From Clostridia bacterium (GTDB lineage: Bacteria; Bacillota; Clostridia; Oscillospirales; CAG-272), in assembly GCA_017451735.1 (NCBI GenBank), contig JAFTNU010000005.1, forward strand, positions 2,611-66,610: a DNA stretch of 64,000 bases. Direction: 5' to 3'. The first letter of the stretch is position 1. Every line of letters begins with the position of its first letter. The notes beneath the pieces are model-generated. The model was not told the origin of the DNA. It made no database searches and saw nothing but the letters and a program-made list of their open reading frames with translations. A program made the translations under genes and the position numbers. Shown here one piece after another: positions 26,006-36,500 of the stretch.

Positions 26006-26797
26006 ATGTATCTTGCCCCCGCTACCGACGAGCGTGTCTGCACGCTGCTGCCCCTGCACCTGATCACCGTCGGTATTCATTTTAAGCAGTCCCCCGTGCG
26101 CCGCCCCGACGGTGCCTCGTTTCACCACATCTTTTTTGTGGAGGAGGGAGAGGGCGTGTTCGAGGTGTCGGACGGCATTCGGTGCCTTGGCGCAGGCACG
26201 GCGATTTTTATGCGAAAGAATTATCCCGTGGCTTATTACCGAAAAAGCGATGTATTCCGCACGGCGTTCGTCACATTCGACGGCCCGGGGGTGGATGCGC
26301 TGTTGCAGTACTTTCGGATGGAGGATTTTGCCTGTCTGTCAAGCGAAAGGGTGTTGCCGATGATCCGCAATTGCTTCTATTCCGCACAGAAGGGTGCTTC
26401 ACCCGAGGTGCTCTCCCAACAGGTTTACGATCTGGCCGTCACCTTTTTCAGGCAACTGTGCGAGGGGCAAAAGACCTCAACGATGCTTGCGGCCAAGCGC
26501 GTGATAGAGGAAGCGTACTGCGGAGATTTGTCGGTTTCGGATATCGCCGGGGCGACAGGCGTTTCCGAGTCCTTGATCTACCGATTGTTCAGAGACGAGG
26601 AGGGAACCACCCCGGTGGATTATCTGCGCCGCGTGCGCATCAGTCGCGCCAAGCAGCTGCTCATCGAGGAGCCGGAGCTGCCGATCTCGGCAGTGGCGTC
26701 CCGTTGCGGCTTTTCCGACTGCGCCTATTTCTGCAAGGTGTTCAAGAGGCAGACCAATATGACCCCCAAGGCATACCGCACCGCCTTTGCGCTGTGA
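26006..26797 (+). CDS. AraC-family transcriptional regulator (cupin sensor plus HTH)
   Basis: C-terminal LSVSDIAGATGVSESLIYRLF and CGFSDCAYFCKVFKRQTNMTPKAYR. The ATG at 26006 lies 9 nt after AAGGAG. The ATG at 26000 is only 3 nt after it. Confidence 0.85.
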   Translation: MYLAPATDERVCTLLPLHLITVGIHFKQSPVRRPDGASFHHIFFVEEGEGVFEVSDGIRCLGAGTAIFMRKNYPVAYYRKSDVFRTAFVTFDGPGVDALLQYFRMEDFACLSSERVLPMIRNCFYSAQKGASPEVLSQQVYDLAVTFFRQLCEGQKTSTMLAAKRVIEEAYCGDLSVSDIAGATGVSESLIYRLFRDEEGTTPVDYLRRVRISRAKQLLIEEPELPISAVASRCGFSDCAYFCKVFKRQTNMTPKAYRTAFAL

Positions 26798-26833
26798 TGG
26801 CTTACAGCCCGGCTTCCCATACCGCATTTTACC

Positions 26834-26863
26834 GCCCCGCGCAAAATCGCGCGGGGCTCTTTT
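26834..26863 (+). terminator. Rho-independent terminator after the AraC gene
   Basis: GCCCCGCGC / GCGCGGGGC stem followed by TCTTTT. Confidence 0.7.
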
Positions 26864-26909
26864 CGCCTTCCCCAAGGAGGGGAAGGGCGCTTGCGGTGGA
26901 TGAGAATGC
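26864..26909 (+). repeat. Double-hairpin intergenic repeat, copy C (second hairpin shortened)
   Basis: CGCCTTCCCC-aagga-GGGGAAGGGCG followed by CTTGCGGTGGATGAGAATGC. Confidence 0.5.
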
Positions 26910-27132
26910 AGTGGGCATGCTTTGTTTGTAGAGCTGATATTGGGAATGGATCTATCAATATTACTCATAGCGAGCATCTACTCTCACGTCTGTTCTTATT
27001 CGCCCCATCTTACCGTATCGCTTCTCCCAAAGAAAAAATACAAAAACGTATGTCAAGCAGGCCAAAATCGCCACTTTTGCCTTCAAATGGATGTTTTTGC
27101 GCAATTTCGGGGAAAAATTTAGCAATAAACAC

Positions 27133-27161
27133 TTGATAAACTTTCCACAATGTGATAAAAT
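27133..27161 (+). promoter_or_regulatory. Promoter of pgk-tpiA
   Basis: TTGATA (27133-27138), 17-nt spacer, TGTGaTAAAAT (-10 at 27156-27161). Confidence 0.55.
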
Positions 27162-27233
27162 ATATCCGTTAAGGTGGGTTTTCACGGGCTTTGTGCCGTC
27201 GGGACCCCAAAATTACGAAAGGTGGATCTTAAC

Positions 27234-28529
27234 ATGACCTACAATAAGAAAACGATCGAAGATATCGACGTCAAGGGCAAAAAAGTCATCGCCCGTTGCG
27301 ATTTCAACGTGCCCATGGATGGCGACCGTATTACCGACGACAAGCGCATCGTCGGCGCTCTGCCTACCATCAAGTATCTGGTTGACAACGGCGCGGCTGT
27401 GATTCTGTGCTCTCACTTCGGCCGCCCCCACAATATTTTCGACGCCAAGCTCGAGCTTGACAAGAAAGAGAAGAAAAAGGTAGAGGCTCTGCCCGAGGCT
27501 GAGCAGGCCGCCGCTACCGCCAAGTACCTTGAGGCCGCCAAGAACGACGATAAAAAGTTTTCTCTCGCGCCCGTTGCCAAGAGACTTTCCGAGCTTCTCG
27601 GCATCGAAGTGAAGATGGCCAAGGACGTGATCGGCCCCGATGCCAAGGCAAAGGCTGCCGCCCTCAAGCCCGGCGAGGTCCTGCTGCTGGAGAACGTTCG
27701 TTTCCACAAGAAGGAGACCAAGAACGATCCCGAGTTCGCCAAGGAAATGGCTTCCATGGCTGAGATCTACGTCAACGATGCATTCGGCACCGCACACCGT
27801 GCTCACGCCTCCACCGCAGGCCTTGCCGACTACCTGCCTGCCGTTTGCGGTTACCTGATTCAGAAGGAGATCTCCGTCATGGGCGGCGCTCTTTCAAATC
27901 CCAAGCGTCCCTTTGTTGCCATTCTGGGCGGCGCTAAGGTTTCCGATAAGATCGGCGTGATCAATAACCTCATCGAAAAGGTCGACACCTTGATCGTCGG
28001 CGGCGGTATGGCTTACACCTTCTTCAAGGCACAGGGCCTGGAGATCGGTACCTCCATCTGCGAGAATGACAAGCTGGATCTGGCTCTGGAGCTGATGGAA
28101 AAGGCCAAGGCAAAGGGCGTCAAGTTCCTGTTGCCCGTTGACAACAAGCTGGGTAAGACCTACGCTCCCGACACCGAGAGCATGACCATCGACTCCGACA
28201 ACATTCCCGACGGTTGGATGGGCCTGGATATCGGTCCCAAGTCCCAGGCACTCTTTGCCGATGTTCTCAAGAACGCCGGTACCGTGGTCTGGAACGGCCC
28301 CATGGGTGTTTCCGAGTGGGAGAACTTTGCCGCAGGCACCGAGGCTGTTGCCAAGGCAGTTGCTGAGTCCGGCGCTATCTCCATCATCGGTGGCGGTGAT
28401 TCCGCAGCCGCTGTGGAAAAGCTGGGCTTTGCCGACAAGATGACCCATGTCTCCACCGGTGGCGGTGCTTCTCTCGAGTTCCTGGAGGGCAAGACTCTGC
28501 CCGGTATCGCCTGCCTGCTGGACAAATAA
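27234..28529 (+). CDS. pgk: Phosphoglycerate kinase with a ~34-aa K/E/A-rich insertion
   Basis: [55 protein letters not shown] and [13 protein letters not shown]. Confidence 0.95.
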   Translation: MTYNKKTIEDIDVKGKKVIARCDFNVPMDGDRITDDKRIVGALPTIKYLVDNGAAVILCSHFGRPHNIFDAKLELDKKEKKKVEALPEAEQAAATAKYLEAAKNDDKKFSLAPVAKRLSELLGIEVKMAKDVIGPDAKAKAAALKPGEVLLLENVRFHKKETKNDPEFAKEMASMAEIYVNDAFGTAHRAHASTAGLADYLPAVCGYLIQKEISVMGGALSNPKRPFVAILGGAKVSDKIGVINNLIEKVDTLIVGGGMAYTFFKAQGLEIGTSICENDKLDLALELMEKAKAKGVKFLLPVDNKLGKTYAPDTESMTIDSDNIPDGWMGLDIGPKSQALFADVLKNAGTVVWNGPMGVSEWENFAAGTEAVAKAVAESGAISIIGGGDSAAAVEKLGFADKMTHVSTGGGASLEFLEGKTLPGIACLLDK

Positions 28530-28556
28530 TTTTAGATTGGAAAGGAAATAATAAAG

Positions 28557-29324
28557 ATGAATCCTGCAAAGAGAAGAACGGTGATCGCCGGCAACTGGAA
28601 GATGAACTTCACTCCCGCCCAGGCCACCGAATTTATCAATCAGATCAAGCCCATGGTTGCCGGTAAGGACAACTGTGACATCATTTTCTGCGCTCCCTAC
28701 GTGACCATTCCCGCGGCTATGGAGGCCGCTAAGGGCTCCAACATCGTCATCGGTGCCGAGAATGTGCACTTTGAGGCCAAGGGCGCTTACACCGGTGAGA
28801 TCTCTGCCGAGATGCTGAAGGCCATCGGTGTTGATACCGTGATCATCGGCCACTCCGAGCGCCGTCAGTACTTCGGTGAGACCGACGAGACCGTCAACCT
28901 GCGCACCAAGGCCGCTCTTGCCGCAGGCATGCGCGTGATCCTGTGCATGGGCGAGGTCAAGGAGCAGCGCCTTGCGGGCATTACCAACGAGATCTGCGCT
29001 ATGCAGATCAAGCTGGATCTTGCCGGCATTCCCGCAGAGGATATGAAGAATATCATCATCGCCTACGAGCCCGTTTGGGCCATCGGTACCGGTCTTACCG
29101 CTACCCCCGAGCAGGCTGAGGATGCCTGCGCCGTGATCCGCAGCGTGCTGGTCGAGCTCTACGGCAACGAGGTTGCCGAGGCCACCACCATTCAGTACGG
29201 CGGCTCCATGAACGACAAGAACGCAGCCGAGCTGTTGGCTAAGCCCAACGTGGATGGCGGTCTGATCGGCGGCGCCTCTCTGGTTGCAGAGAAGTTCACT
29301 GCTATTGTTGACGCCGCTCAGTAA
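28557..29324 (+). CDS. tpiA: Triose-phosphate isomerase
   Basis: IAGNWKMN, IIGHSERR, AYEPVWAIGTG and YGGSM. Confidence 0.95.
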   Translation: MNPAKRRTVIAGNWKMNFTPAQATEFINQIKPMVAGKDNCDIIFCAPYVTIPAAMEAAKGSNIVIGAENVHFEAKGAYTGEISAEMLKAIGVDTVIIGHSERRQYFGETDETVNLRTKAALAAGMRVILCMGEVKEQRLAGITNEICAMQIKLDLAGIPAEDMKNIIIAYEPVWAIGTGLTATPEQAEDACAVIRSVLVELYGNEVAEATTIQYGGSMNDKNAAELLAKPNVDGGLIGGASLVAEKFTAIVDAAQ

Positions 29325-29415
29325 CGGTTGACTCAAAAGCATGATAAAAGGCTGTCTTTTGCCCGATGCAAGGGAAAGGGCAGCCTTTTGCACAAGTTTT
29401 AAAAAGGAGATTCCC

Positions 29416-29793
29416 ATGGCTAATTATCGCAGAGGAAGAATCAACGATGAAATGCAAAAGACCCTTGCCGAGATCCTGCGGGAGGTCAAAGATCCCCGCG
29501 TGAGCGATGCATTTATCAGCGTCACGGGGGTGGAGGTGACTCCCGATCTCAAATACGCCAAGGTGTTTTATTCCGCCATGCGCGGCGACAAAAAAGAGGT
29601 GCGGCAAGGACTCAAGTCCTCGGCAGGATTCATCCGTCGCCAGGTGGCTCAGCGCATGAATCTGCGGGCAACTCCCGAATTTACCTTTATCGAGGATGAG
29701 TCCATTGCCTACGGTGCCCGCATCTCCACACTGCTTAATTCCATTACCATTACCACCGAGGAGGAGTCTGAGGGAGACGGGGAGGAAAACTGA
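29416..29793 (+). CDS. rbfA: Ribosome-binding factor A
   Basis: RRGRINDEMQKTLAEILREVKDPR, VTGVEVTPDLKYAKVFY and PEFTFIEDES. RBS AAAGGAGA. Acidic C-terminal tail. Confidence 0.9.
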   Translation: MANYRRGRINDEMQKTLAEILREVKDPRVSDAFISVTGVEVTPDLKYAKVFYSAMRGDKKEVRQGLKSSAGFIRRQVAQRMNLRATPEFTFIEDESIAYGARISTLLNSITITTEEESEGDGEEN

Positions 29794-29794
29794 C

Positions 29795-30787
29795 ATGAGC
29801 GAGAATGCCTACCGCAATTTGAGCTTGGAAGAGACTCTTGACCGCTTGCTTGCTCCACAGCCCACCTGTATCCTTTTTCATGTGCATCCCGATGCCGATG
29901 CCATCGGCTCGGCCTTTGCGCTGGCCGCATTTCTTGAGTCGCAGGGGAGCCCTTGCTATTGTCTGTGTGCCGATGAGATCCCCGCACGCTTGGCTTTCCT
30001 GACCGAAAATATGCAGACAAGTGTCTTACCGAATACCTTGCCTGCCGATTTTGACAACGCGCGCTTGATCAGCGTGGATACCGCATCACCCGCACAGCTG
30101 GGGGCGCTTTACGGAATGTTCGGCGACCGTATTTCCTTGATGATCGACCATCACGAAATGGGCACGCCCTATGCCGATCACCTGATCGTGCCCGGGGCCG
30201 CCGCCTGCGGTGAGATCATTTTTGATCTCATTGCCGCCTCGGGCAAGGAGGCTCCCGCCGCCTGCGCCCCGTTGCTTTACGCAGCCATCAGCTCGGATAC
30301 GGGGGGCTTCCGCCATTCCAACGTGACCAAAGAGACACATCTGCGGGCGGCGGCACTGGTGGAAAGCGGCATTGACGTGGCTGAGCTCAGCCATAAGCTC
30401 TTTGAGGTCAAAACCTTTCCCGTGCTCCGTGCCGAGCGCTTGGGCTTTGATAAGCTGCATCTGTTTGACGGGGGCAGGATCGGTATCAGCTCGATCTCCT
30501 TTGAGGATAAGCAATTCAATAAATTGCAGGACGATCACCTGTCCACCGTGGTAGATCTGATCCGTTCTGTGGCGGGCGTGGAAATTGCCGTGGCCATCCG
30601 ACAGCCTACCGGTGAGCGTGTCTATCGCGTTTCCATGCGCGCCAATGTGGATTTTGATGTGGCCGCCGTTTGTGCCAAATTCGGCGGCGGCGGGCATCGC
30701 CGCGCCGCGGGTGCTACATTGACCGAATTTAACGACATCGCCGCCGCAGAGCAGGCGATCCTTGCGGCGATCCAAGAAAACTCATAA
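29795..30787 (+). CDS. nrnA: DHH-family phosphoesterase (NrnA-like oligoribonuclease / pAp phosphatase)
   Basis: HVHPDADAIGS, SVDTA, IDHHE and GGGGHRRAAG motifs. Confidence 0.85.
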   Translation: MSENAYRNLSLEETLDRLLAPQPTCILFHVHPDADAIGSAFALAAFLESQGSPCYCLCADEIPARLAFLTENMQTSVLPNTLPADFDNARLISVDTASPAQLGALYGMFGDRISLMIDHHEMGTPYADHLIVPGAAACGEIIFDLIAASGKEAPAACAPLLYAAISSDTGGFRHSNVTKETHLRAAALVESGIDVAELSHKLFEVKTFPVLRAERLGFDKLHLFDGGRIGISSISFEDKQFNKLQDDHLSTVVDLIRSVAGVEIAVAIRQPTGERVYRVSMRANVDFDVAAVCAKFGGGGHRRAAGATLTEFNDIAAAEQAILAAIQENS

Positions 30788-30833
30788 CCGCTGTTTGGCA
30801 AGGCGGCATGCACCGCCTTTCACCTGCAAAAGC

Positions 30834-30873
30834 AACTGCGGCACCTGCATTTTGCAGGTGCCGCAGTTCTTTT
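30834..30873 (+). terminator. Rho-independent terminator after nrnA
   Basis: 16-bp stem AACTGCGGCACCTGCA / TGCAGGTGCCGCAGTT followed by CTTTT. Confidence 0.8.
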
Positions 30874-31007
30874 GAGGCATTTTGATTGGCAAACGGTTGA
30901 AATTTATATCAAAAAAACAAAGGTCCTACCCGATTCGGTCAAGATTGTCAAGGAAAATAGGTGTATTTTTGATATAATGATATAAGTATGATCGAAAGGA
31001 GAGACGG

Positions 31008-32066
31008 ATGAACCGTTCAGTCATTTATCGCATCGCTACTACCGCTGTGGCGTGCGTTCTGGGAGCAGGCTTTGTTTCGGGGCAGGAGCTTTGGCAATTT
31101 TTCGGTGCTTACGGTCAGATCGGTATTGTGGGCGCAGGCGTGGCGGTGTTGCTTTTTTGCTTTGCATCGGCGGTGGTTCTGTGGTTCTCCTCCGATACTG
31201 GGGAGGGGAATATGGAAGGGCTGATCGCCCCCGGGAATCGGATGGTTCAGCTCATCATTGCCGGCTTTGAACTGTTGTTCCACTTTATTCTGTATGTGCT
31301 CATGACCGCCGCCACGGGGGCCTTGGGTGAGCGCTACGGCCTGCCCTTTTGGGTGGGATGTGCCTTCTTTTGTATTGTCGCCACAGCGGTCTCGCTTTTG
31401 GGATTTCAAGGATTGATGAAGGTTTTTGGATGGTTGGTGCCGATCCTGGCCGTTGCCGCCATTGGTGTTGCCATATGGTCCATGACCCTCCCAGCCCATG
31501 CCATTCCCGCCTTCGCCGCCTCCGGTTCGCCTTTGACAGGCAACTGGCTGATCTCCTCTCTGGTTTATTTCAGTTTTAATTTTGTGGGCTCCGTGCCGAT
31601 CCTTACGGCGGTGGGGCATGATGTGACAGACCGTCGGGGCATGGTGCTGGGGGTCCTGTTGGCTATTGTTCCACTGGGCGGACTCGCCATCTTTTTGTTG
31701 GCGGCCATCATGGCTCATCCGGGCGCCTCGGCATTCGAGCTGCCCATGATGGAGCTTGCCGCCGCTTGCGGCACGGCTCCGGGCATTCTTTATGCGCTGT
31801 TGCTTTTGGGCGGTATCTTTGCCACGGGTTTTTCCTCTCAAGCGGCCATGAATCGCTATTTCGAGGGGTTCGGCCTTAAGGGCAAGAAGCTGGTAGCCTT
31901 TACGGCAGGGCTTTCGGCGATAGCGTTTCTCATCGGACTTTTGGGGTTCAAGGATCTGGTATCGGTGCTTTATCCGGTCCTCGGTTATATCGGCATTCTG
32001 CCGTTGGCGATCATATTTTTTCGCGCGCTTCTGCACTTTATCAAAAAAAGAAGGCAAAGAACATAA
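31008..32066 (+). CDS. YkvI-family polytopic membrane protein (putative transporter)
   Basis: About 10 TM segments. N-terminal GAGFVSGQELWQFF is typical of the YkvI family. RBS GAAAGGAGAG. Confidence 0.7.
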   Translation: MNRSVIYRIATTAVACVLGAGFVSGQELWQFFGAYGQIGIVGAGVAVLLFCFASAVVLWFSSDTGEGNMEGLIAPGNRMVQLIIAGFELLFHFILYVLMTAATGALGERYGLPFWVGCAFFCIVATAVSLLGFQGLMKVFGWLVPILAVAAIGVAIWSMTLPAHAIPAFAASGSPLTGNWLISSLVYFSFNFVGSVPILTAVGHDVTDRRGMVLGVLLAIVPLGGLAIFLLAAIMAHPGASAFELPMMELAAACGTAPGILYALLLLGGIFATGFSSQAAMNRYFEGFGLKGKKLVAFTAGLSAIAFLIGLLGFKDLVSVLYPVLGYIGILPLAIIFFRALLHFIKKRRQRT

Positions 32067-32100
32067 AGGAAACGACCGACATAGCGTCGGTCGTTTCCTT
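32066..32100. terminator. Bidirectional terminator between ykvI-like and the MATE pseudogene
   Basis: 15-bp stem AAGGAAACGACCGAC / GTCGGTCGTTTCCTT. Confidence 0.8.
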
Positions 32101-32106
32101 TATGTC

Positions 32107-33466
32107 TTATATGGCGTGCAGCTTACCCGTTTTGTATTTGCGGAAGACGATACAGAACGCTCCCGTAAGCAAAAGCAACTGTAGGCACCAGGAGACGGTG
32201 TAGCAGAAGTAAAGCATATTGATGCTGGGGCGCAGGGGATACAGAAAGCTCATCCACACGATGCGAAGACCCAGAATGGAAACCAGGCCGCATATGGTTT
32301 GCGAAATGGGATAGCCAAAGGCATTCATGCAGTTGGCAAGGAGCGAGTTGATAGCACCCACGCCCAAAAAGAGTGAGATGTGCTTCATCCGCACCATGCC
32401 ATAGGCAACGGCTGTCGGATCGTTGGGGATGTAGAGACGGAGCAGGGGCTCGCCGAATACCGTGATCCCACACCCAGCGCCGAGCCCACCAGCAGATTGA
32501 TCAGAAAGCAGTAGAGAATGGTTTTATTGACACGGTCATGGCGTTGGGCTCCCAGATTTTGCCCTACAAAGGTCATAGACGCCATGGCAAACCCGCTGTG
32601 GAAGCAACTCAGCATGCTTTCCAGATTGGCCGCCGAGGTGTTGCCCGTGATGGCGGCAGGGCCAAAGGCGTTGATGGCCGATTGAATCATCAGATTGGGA
32701 ACACTGTAAAGAGAATTGGTCACGGCGGTGGGAAGCCCGAACCGCACGATCCGCACCAGCGTCCGCCGATCAAACACCATTTTGCGCAGATCCAAATGGC
32801 AAGGACCGTCGGTACGCACCAGATGGATCACGACCAGAACGGCGCTGAGTACCTGAGAGGCAAAGGTGGCAATGGCCACCGCCGCCACCTTTTGGGGCAG
32901 GATCAGGCAAAGAACAAAATTGAGGATCACATTCAGCAGACCCGACGCGATAATGTAATACAAGGGCTTTTTGGTATCTCCCGATACACGGATGATGGCC
33001 GAGCCGAAATTGTAGATCAGGATCGCAGGGGTGGCGGCAAGATAAATGCGCAGATACAGGATCGCTCCTTGACGGCATTCTGTCGGGCAATCCACCAGTG
33101 TGAGCAAGGCAGGGGAGACAAAAAGCCCCACCAAAGCGATCAAAAGGCCGATAGCACCTGCGGCCAGCAGGGAGGTGTCTACCTTTTTTTGGTGTTCTCT
33201 CGGTCCTTGGAGCCTAGGAATCGTGCCAAAATAATATTGGTCCCCGTAGAAAAGCCGATGAAGGCGTTGATCAGAAGTCCGGTTACCGCCGAGGTCACAC
33301 CCACCGAGGCTACGGCATTGGTATCGGCCATGTGTCCCAGAACCGCAATGTCTACGGCATTGAACAAAAGCTGAACCAGACTGGCAATGACCAACGGTAT
33401 GGTGAATTTAACAATTGAGGGGAGCAACGGGCCGTTTGTCACGTCCACTTTTCTTGCAAGCGTCAT
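32107..33466 (-). pseudogene. MATE-family efflux transporter interrupted by two single-nt frameshifts
   Basis: Three consecutive ORFs in different frames (33466-33179, 33143-32385, 32397-32107) read as one ~450-aa MATE protein. One shift is in the A7 run at about 33183-33189. The other is at GTGGGATC, about 32465. Confidence 0.8.
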
Positions 33467-33523
33467 CCCTTGTCCTCCGTATATTTGTTTTCTACATTAT
33501 TATGACATTTTTTGTCTGCAAAG

Positions 33524-36500
33524 TCAACCCTTTGGAAAGAAATCGGGTAAAATTGCTTCCACCGCTTCTCCCAGGGGCAGGGAATAGATCAGGATCTTTT
33601 CCGGCGTTTTTCCGCAGATCCTTGCCAGAGCCATGGCGTAGTAAGAAAGCTGTTTGCCGTGTCGGGCCGAAAGCATCCTTGCGGCGGCGCTCGGGTCACG
33701 GAGCTCTGCGGGGGTTAACCGGTCGGTCTTGTAGTCGCACAGGATCAGCTTTCCGCTTTCGTCGGTATAAAAGAGGTCGATAACGCCCTGTACCAACAGC
33801 CTTTCGTCCTTTAACTGCGCTTTGAAGGCGGCGTCCTCGGTAAAGTCGGCCGCGGGCAAAAAGATGTTGAATCTGGTCTCGCGGCAGATATCTTGTGCCC
33901 GGGCCAAAGAAGCGAAAAAGTCGCTTTGAAAGAACCTCTTCAATTCATCCATGCGTACGGCGCCCCGCGTGGCGGGAGAGAGGTATCGGGCGCCGATCAA
34001 GCGCTCCAATTCGGCCTCCACGCCGTTTTTGACCGCCGATTCAAAATCGCAGAACTGCAACAACTCGTGTGTGGCGGTTCCTTTTTCGGCGGCGGTCGGC
34101 ACCTTGCCGCCGCCAAAAAGAGGCGTTCGATCAAAGGTGTGGAGCAGCAGCTCTGCCTCCTCCTCGGTGGGGGGGAGCGCGGAAAGGGCATTGTCACTGT
34201 CGTAAACATCCAATGCCACAGGTGACAGACGGGAGACCGAAAGCTTTGCGGGCAATCGGGTCAAATGCGCAAAGGGGTAAACGTAAGAAAAGCGTTCGGC
34301 AAATACATCGGTCAGCTCCGCCGCGGCGGATGCCGTTGCGGTAGCCTTATTTTCTTTTCCAATACCGTTCCGGGGGATTTCTGCTTTTTCTGCGGTGAGC
34401 AGATCGGCCTCGGGCACCACGCGGATCTCGGCGAATTCTTCGGCATCGGGGCGTTGCAGGGCGGCCAGGATCCAGTCCATATAGCAATGACCGTCGGTGG
34501 CCAGAAATCCCGCCTTGGGATGACCCGCAAGCAGGGCTTTATCCAAAGCCTTTTCGGCACCGTACAGGGGCGTTCCCGTCACGTACAGGCGCTCCCGCGC
34601 CCGGGTCATGGCCACATACAGCACACGCATCTCCTCCTCGCGGTTTTGGCGGCGGATCTCCAGAGAGATCGCCTGACGAAAGAAGGTGTTGGTGCGGGAG
34701 AAGGGGCCCGCATTGCAAAGTCGGGTAGCACATCCCAGGCGCTCGTCGGAAAGCAGGGCAGGCTTACGGTCATCCTCGTTGAAACGGGAGGCGGTGCCAA
34801 CCAGAAAGCAGACGGGGTATTCCAATCCCTTGGAGTGATGGATGGTGATCAGCGCAACGGCGTTGGGGTCTCCCTCGGGGGCGGGCATTTTCGTGCCGTT
34901 TTGCATGATATTATCCACGTAGCGTATGAACTGGTACAAGCCCTTGAAGCCGCCTGCCTCAAAGGTGCGGGCGTATTCATAAAGGCGGTTGAGATTTCCC
35001 CGACGAACGGCTGTGCCGTTTTCATCCTTTTCATAGCCCGAAAACGCAAGCACTGCCGTATCACGGTAGAGATAACGGAGCAGCTTGTCTACCGAAAGGG
35101 ACTGTGCCTTATCGCGATAAGTGGTCAGACGGGTGAGAAAATCAGTGATTTTTTTCGAAAGCTCCGCGTTCCCGACATCTGTCGTTGCCGCACGGCAAAG
35201 GCTTTCGTAAAGGGAGAGCGATCCGTCTCCCGCAGAACGGATGGTGACCAGATTTTCCAGGGTGAAGCCAAAGAAAGGGGAGCGTAGCGTAGCGGCCAGA
35301 TAAATATCACGGAAGGGATTATCGATGGTCGCCAGCAGACTGTACATGCAAAGCACCTCGGGATTTTCAAAAAAACTGCGGCGCGAGGTGTCGTTGGTGG
35401 GAATGCCATAGGCGGCAAGAGCCTTGGCCAACGGAGCGGAAAGAGAGGTGCTGCGCATCAGTACCGCGATATCCGCGGCGGTGATGGGCGTACCGTCGGC
35501 TTTTTTTTCTTCCTTTATCAGGCGCGCGATCTCGGCGGCCACCATTTTGGCCTCCAGCACCGAGGATTCAACCTCCTCGCCTTCCTCACGCTCCTTCAAG
35601 GGCTTTTTATCCAGTAGCAAGACCTGACACTTTTCCGAGCGATATGCGGGGGAGGGGGGGACTTTGGAAAAGACCAGGTCATCGTCATGGGTGTAATCGA
35701 TGCTCTTGGCACTGCGGGAGAAGAGAAAACCGGAAACGGCATTGGAAAAACGGATCACATTTTCGTCACAACGAAAGCAATCGGACATGAATACCGTTGC
35801 CTCGGGGGCATCCTGCGCGGCATGCTCCAAAAGTGGAAAGCGCTTGCGATAATCGGCAAAAACGGCTGGCTGTGCGCCGCGGAAACGGTAAATGCTCTGC
35901 TTGATATCACCTACCATAAAGCGATTACGCTCGGTGGCAATGGCACGGAAGGTGGCGTCCTGCATGGCGTCCACATCCTGGTATTCGTCGATGTAGATCG
36001 CATCGTAAGCGGCGGAAAGCTCCCGCGCCAGCGGCGTCGGTGCGCCGCTTTTTTCTACCAAAAGGCGGTAGGCGGCTCTGGATACATCCGAGAACTCGGC
36101 GATCTCCCGTGTCGATTTTGCCTCATGATATGCCTCTGTGTAGCGCGTCAGCACCGCATGCAGCAAGCGCAGGACCGATGCACTTTCGGCGGCAGTCTCT
36201 TTGATCTCCGTGGCGGAAATTACCCCTAAAACGGGTGCGGTTTTCTTCCATTTTTCACGGAAGGCATCACACAGTGCCCGCAAATCGGAAAACTCCTCGG
36301 ACATGGGGGGCACACGGCCACCCGACAAGCCGACGGAGAAGGGAGAGGCCAACAATCCGCAGACGGTATCATATTCCTTTTTGTCAACAGCGGTCAGCAA
36401 ATTCCGGCACCGTTCGGCAATTTCGGTATAAAGAGGAGAAAATTTTTTGGAAAGCTTCTCCTGCTCTCCTTCGGCACTGAGCGCATCAAGGGCGGCGGTA

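Noticed and set aside
26922-27122. A 66-aa ORF with a hydrophobic N-terminus in the araC-pgk intergenic region, and the 74-aa minus-strand ORF at 26961-27185.
   Set aside because: Neither has an RBS. The TTG start is in poor context. The region is AT-rich promoter-like sequence and the ORFs overlap the predicted pgk promoter.
27162-27233. Possible CggR operator in the pgk leader (CGGGAC at about 27199).
   Set aside because: Only a single CGGGAC word is present. The tandem CGGGAC-N6-TGTC repeat needed for a CggR site is absent, and no cggR gene is adjacent.
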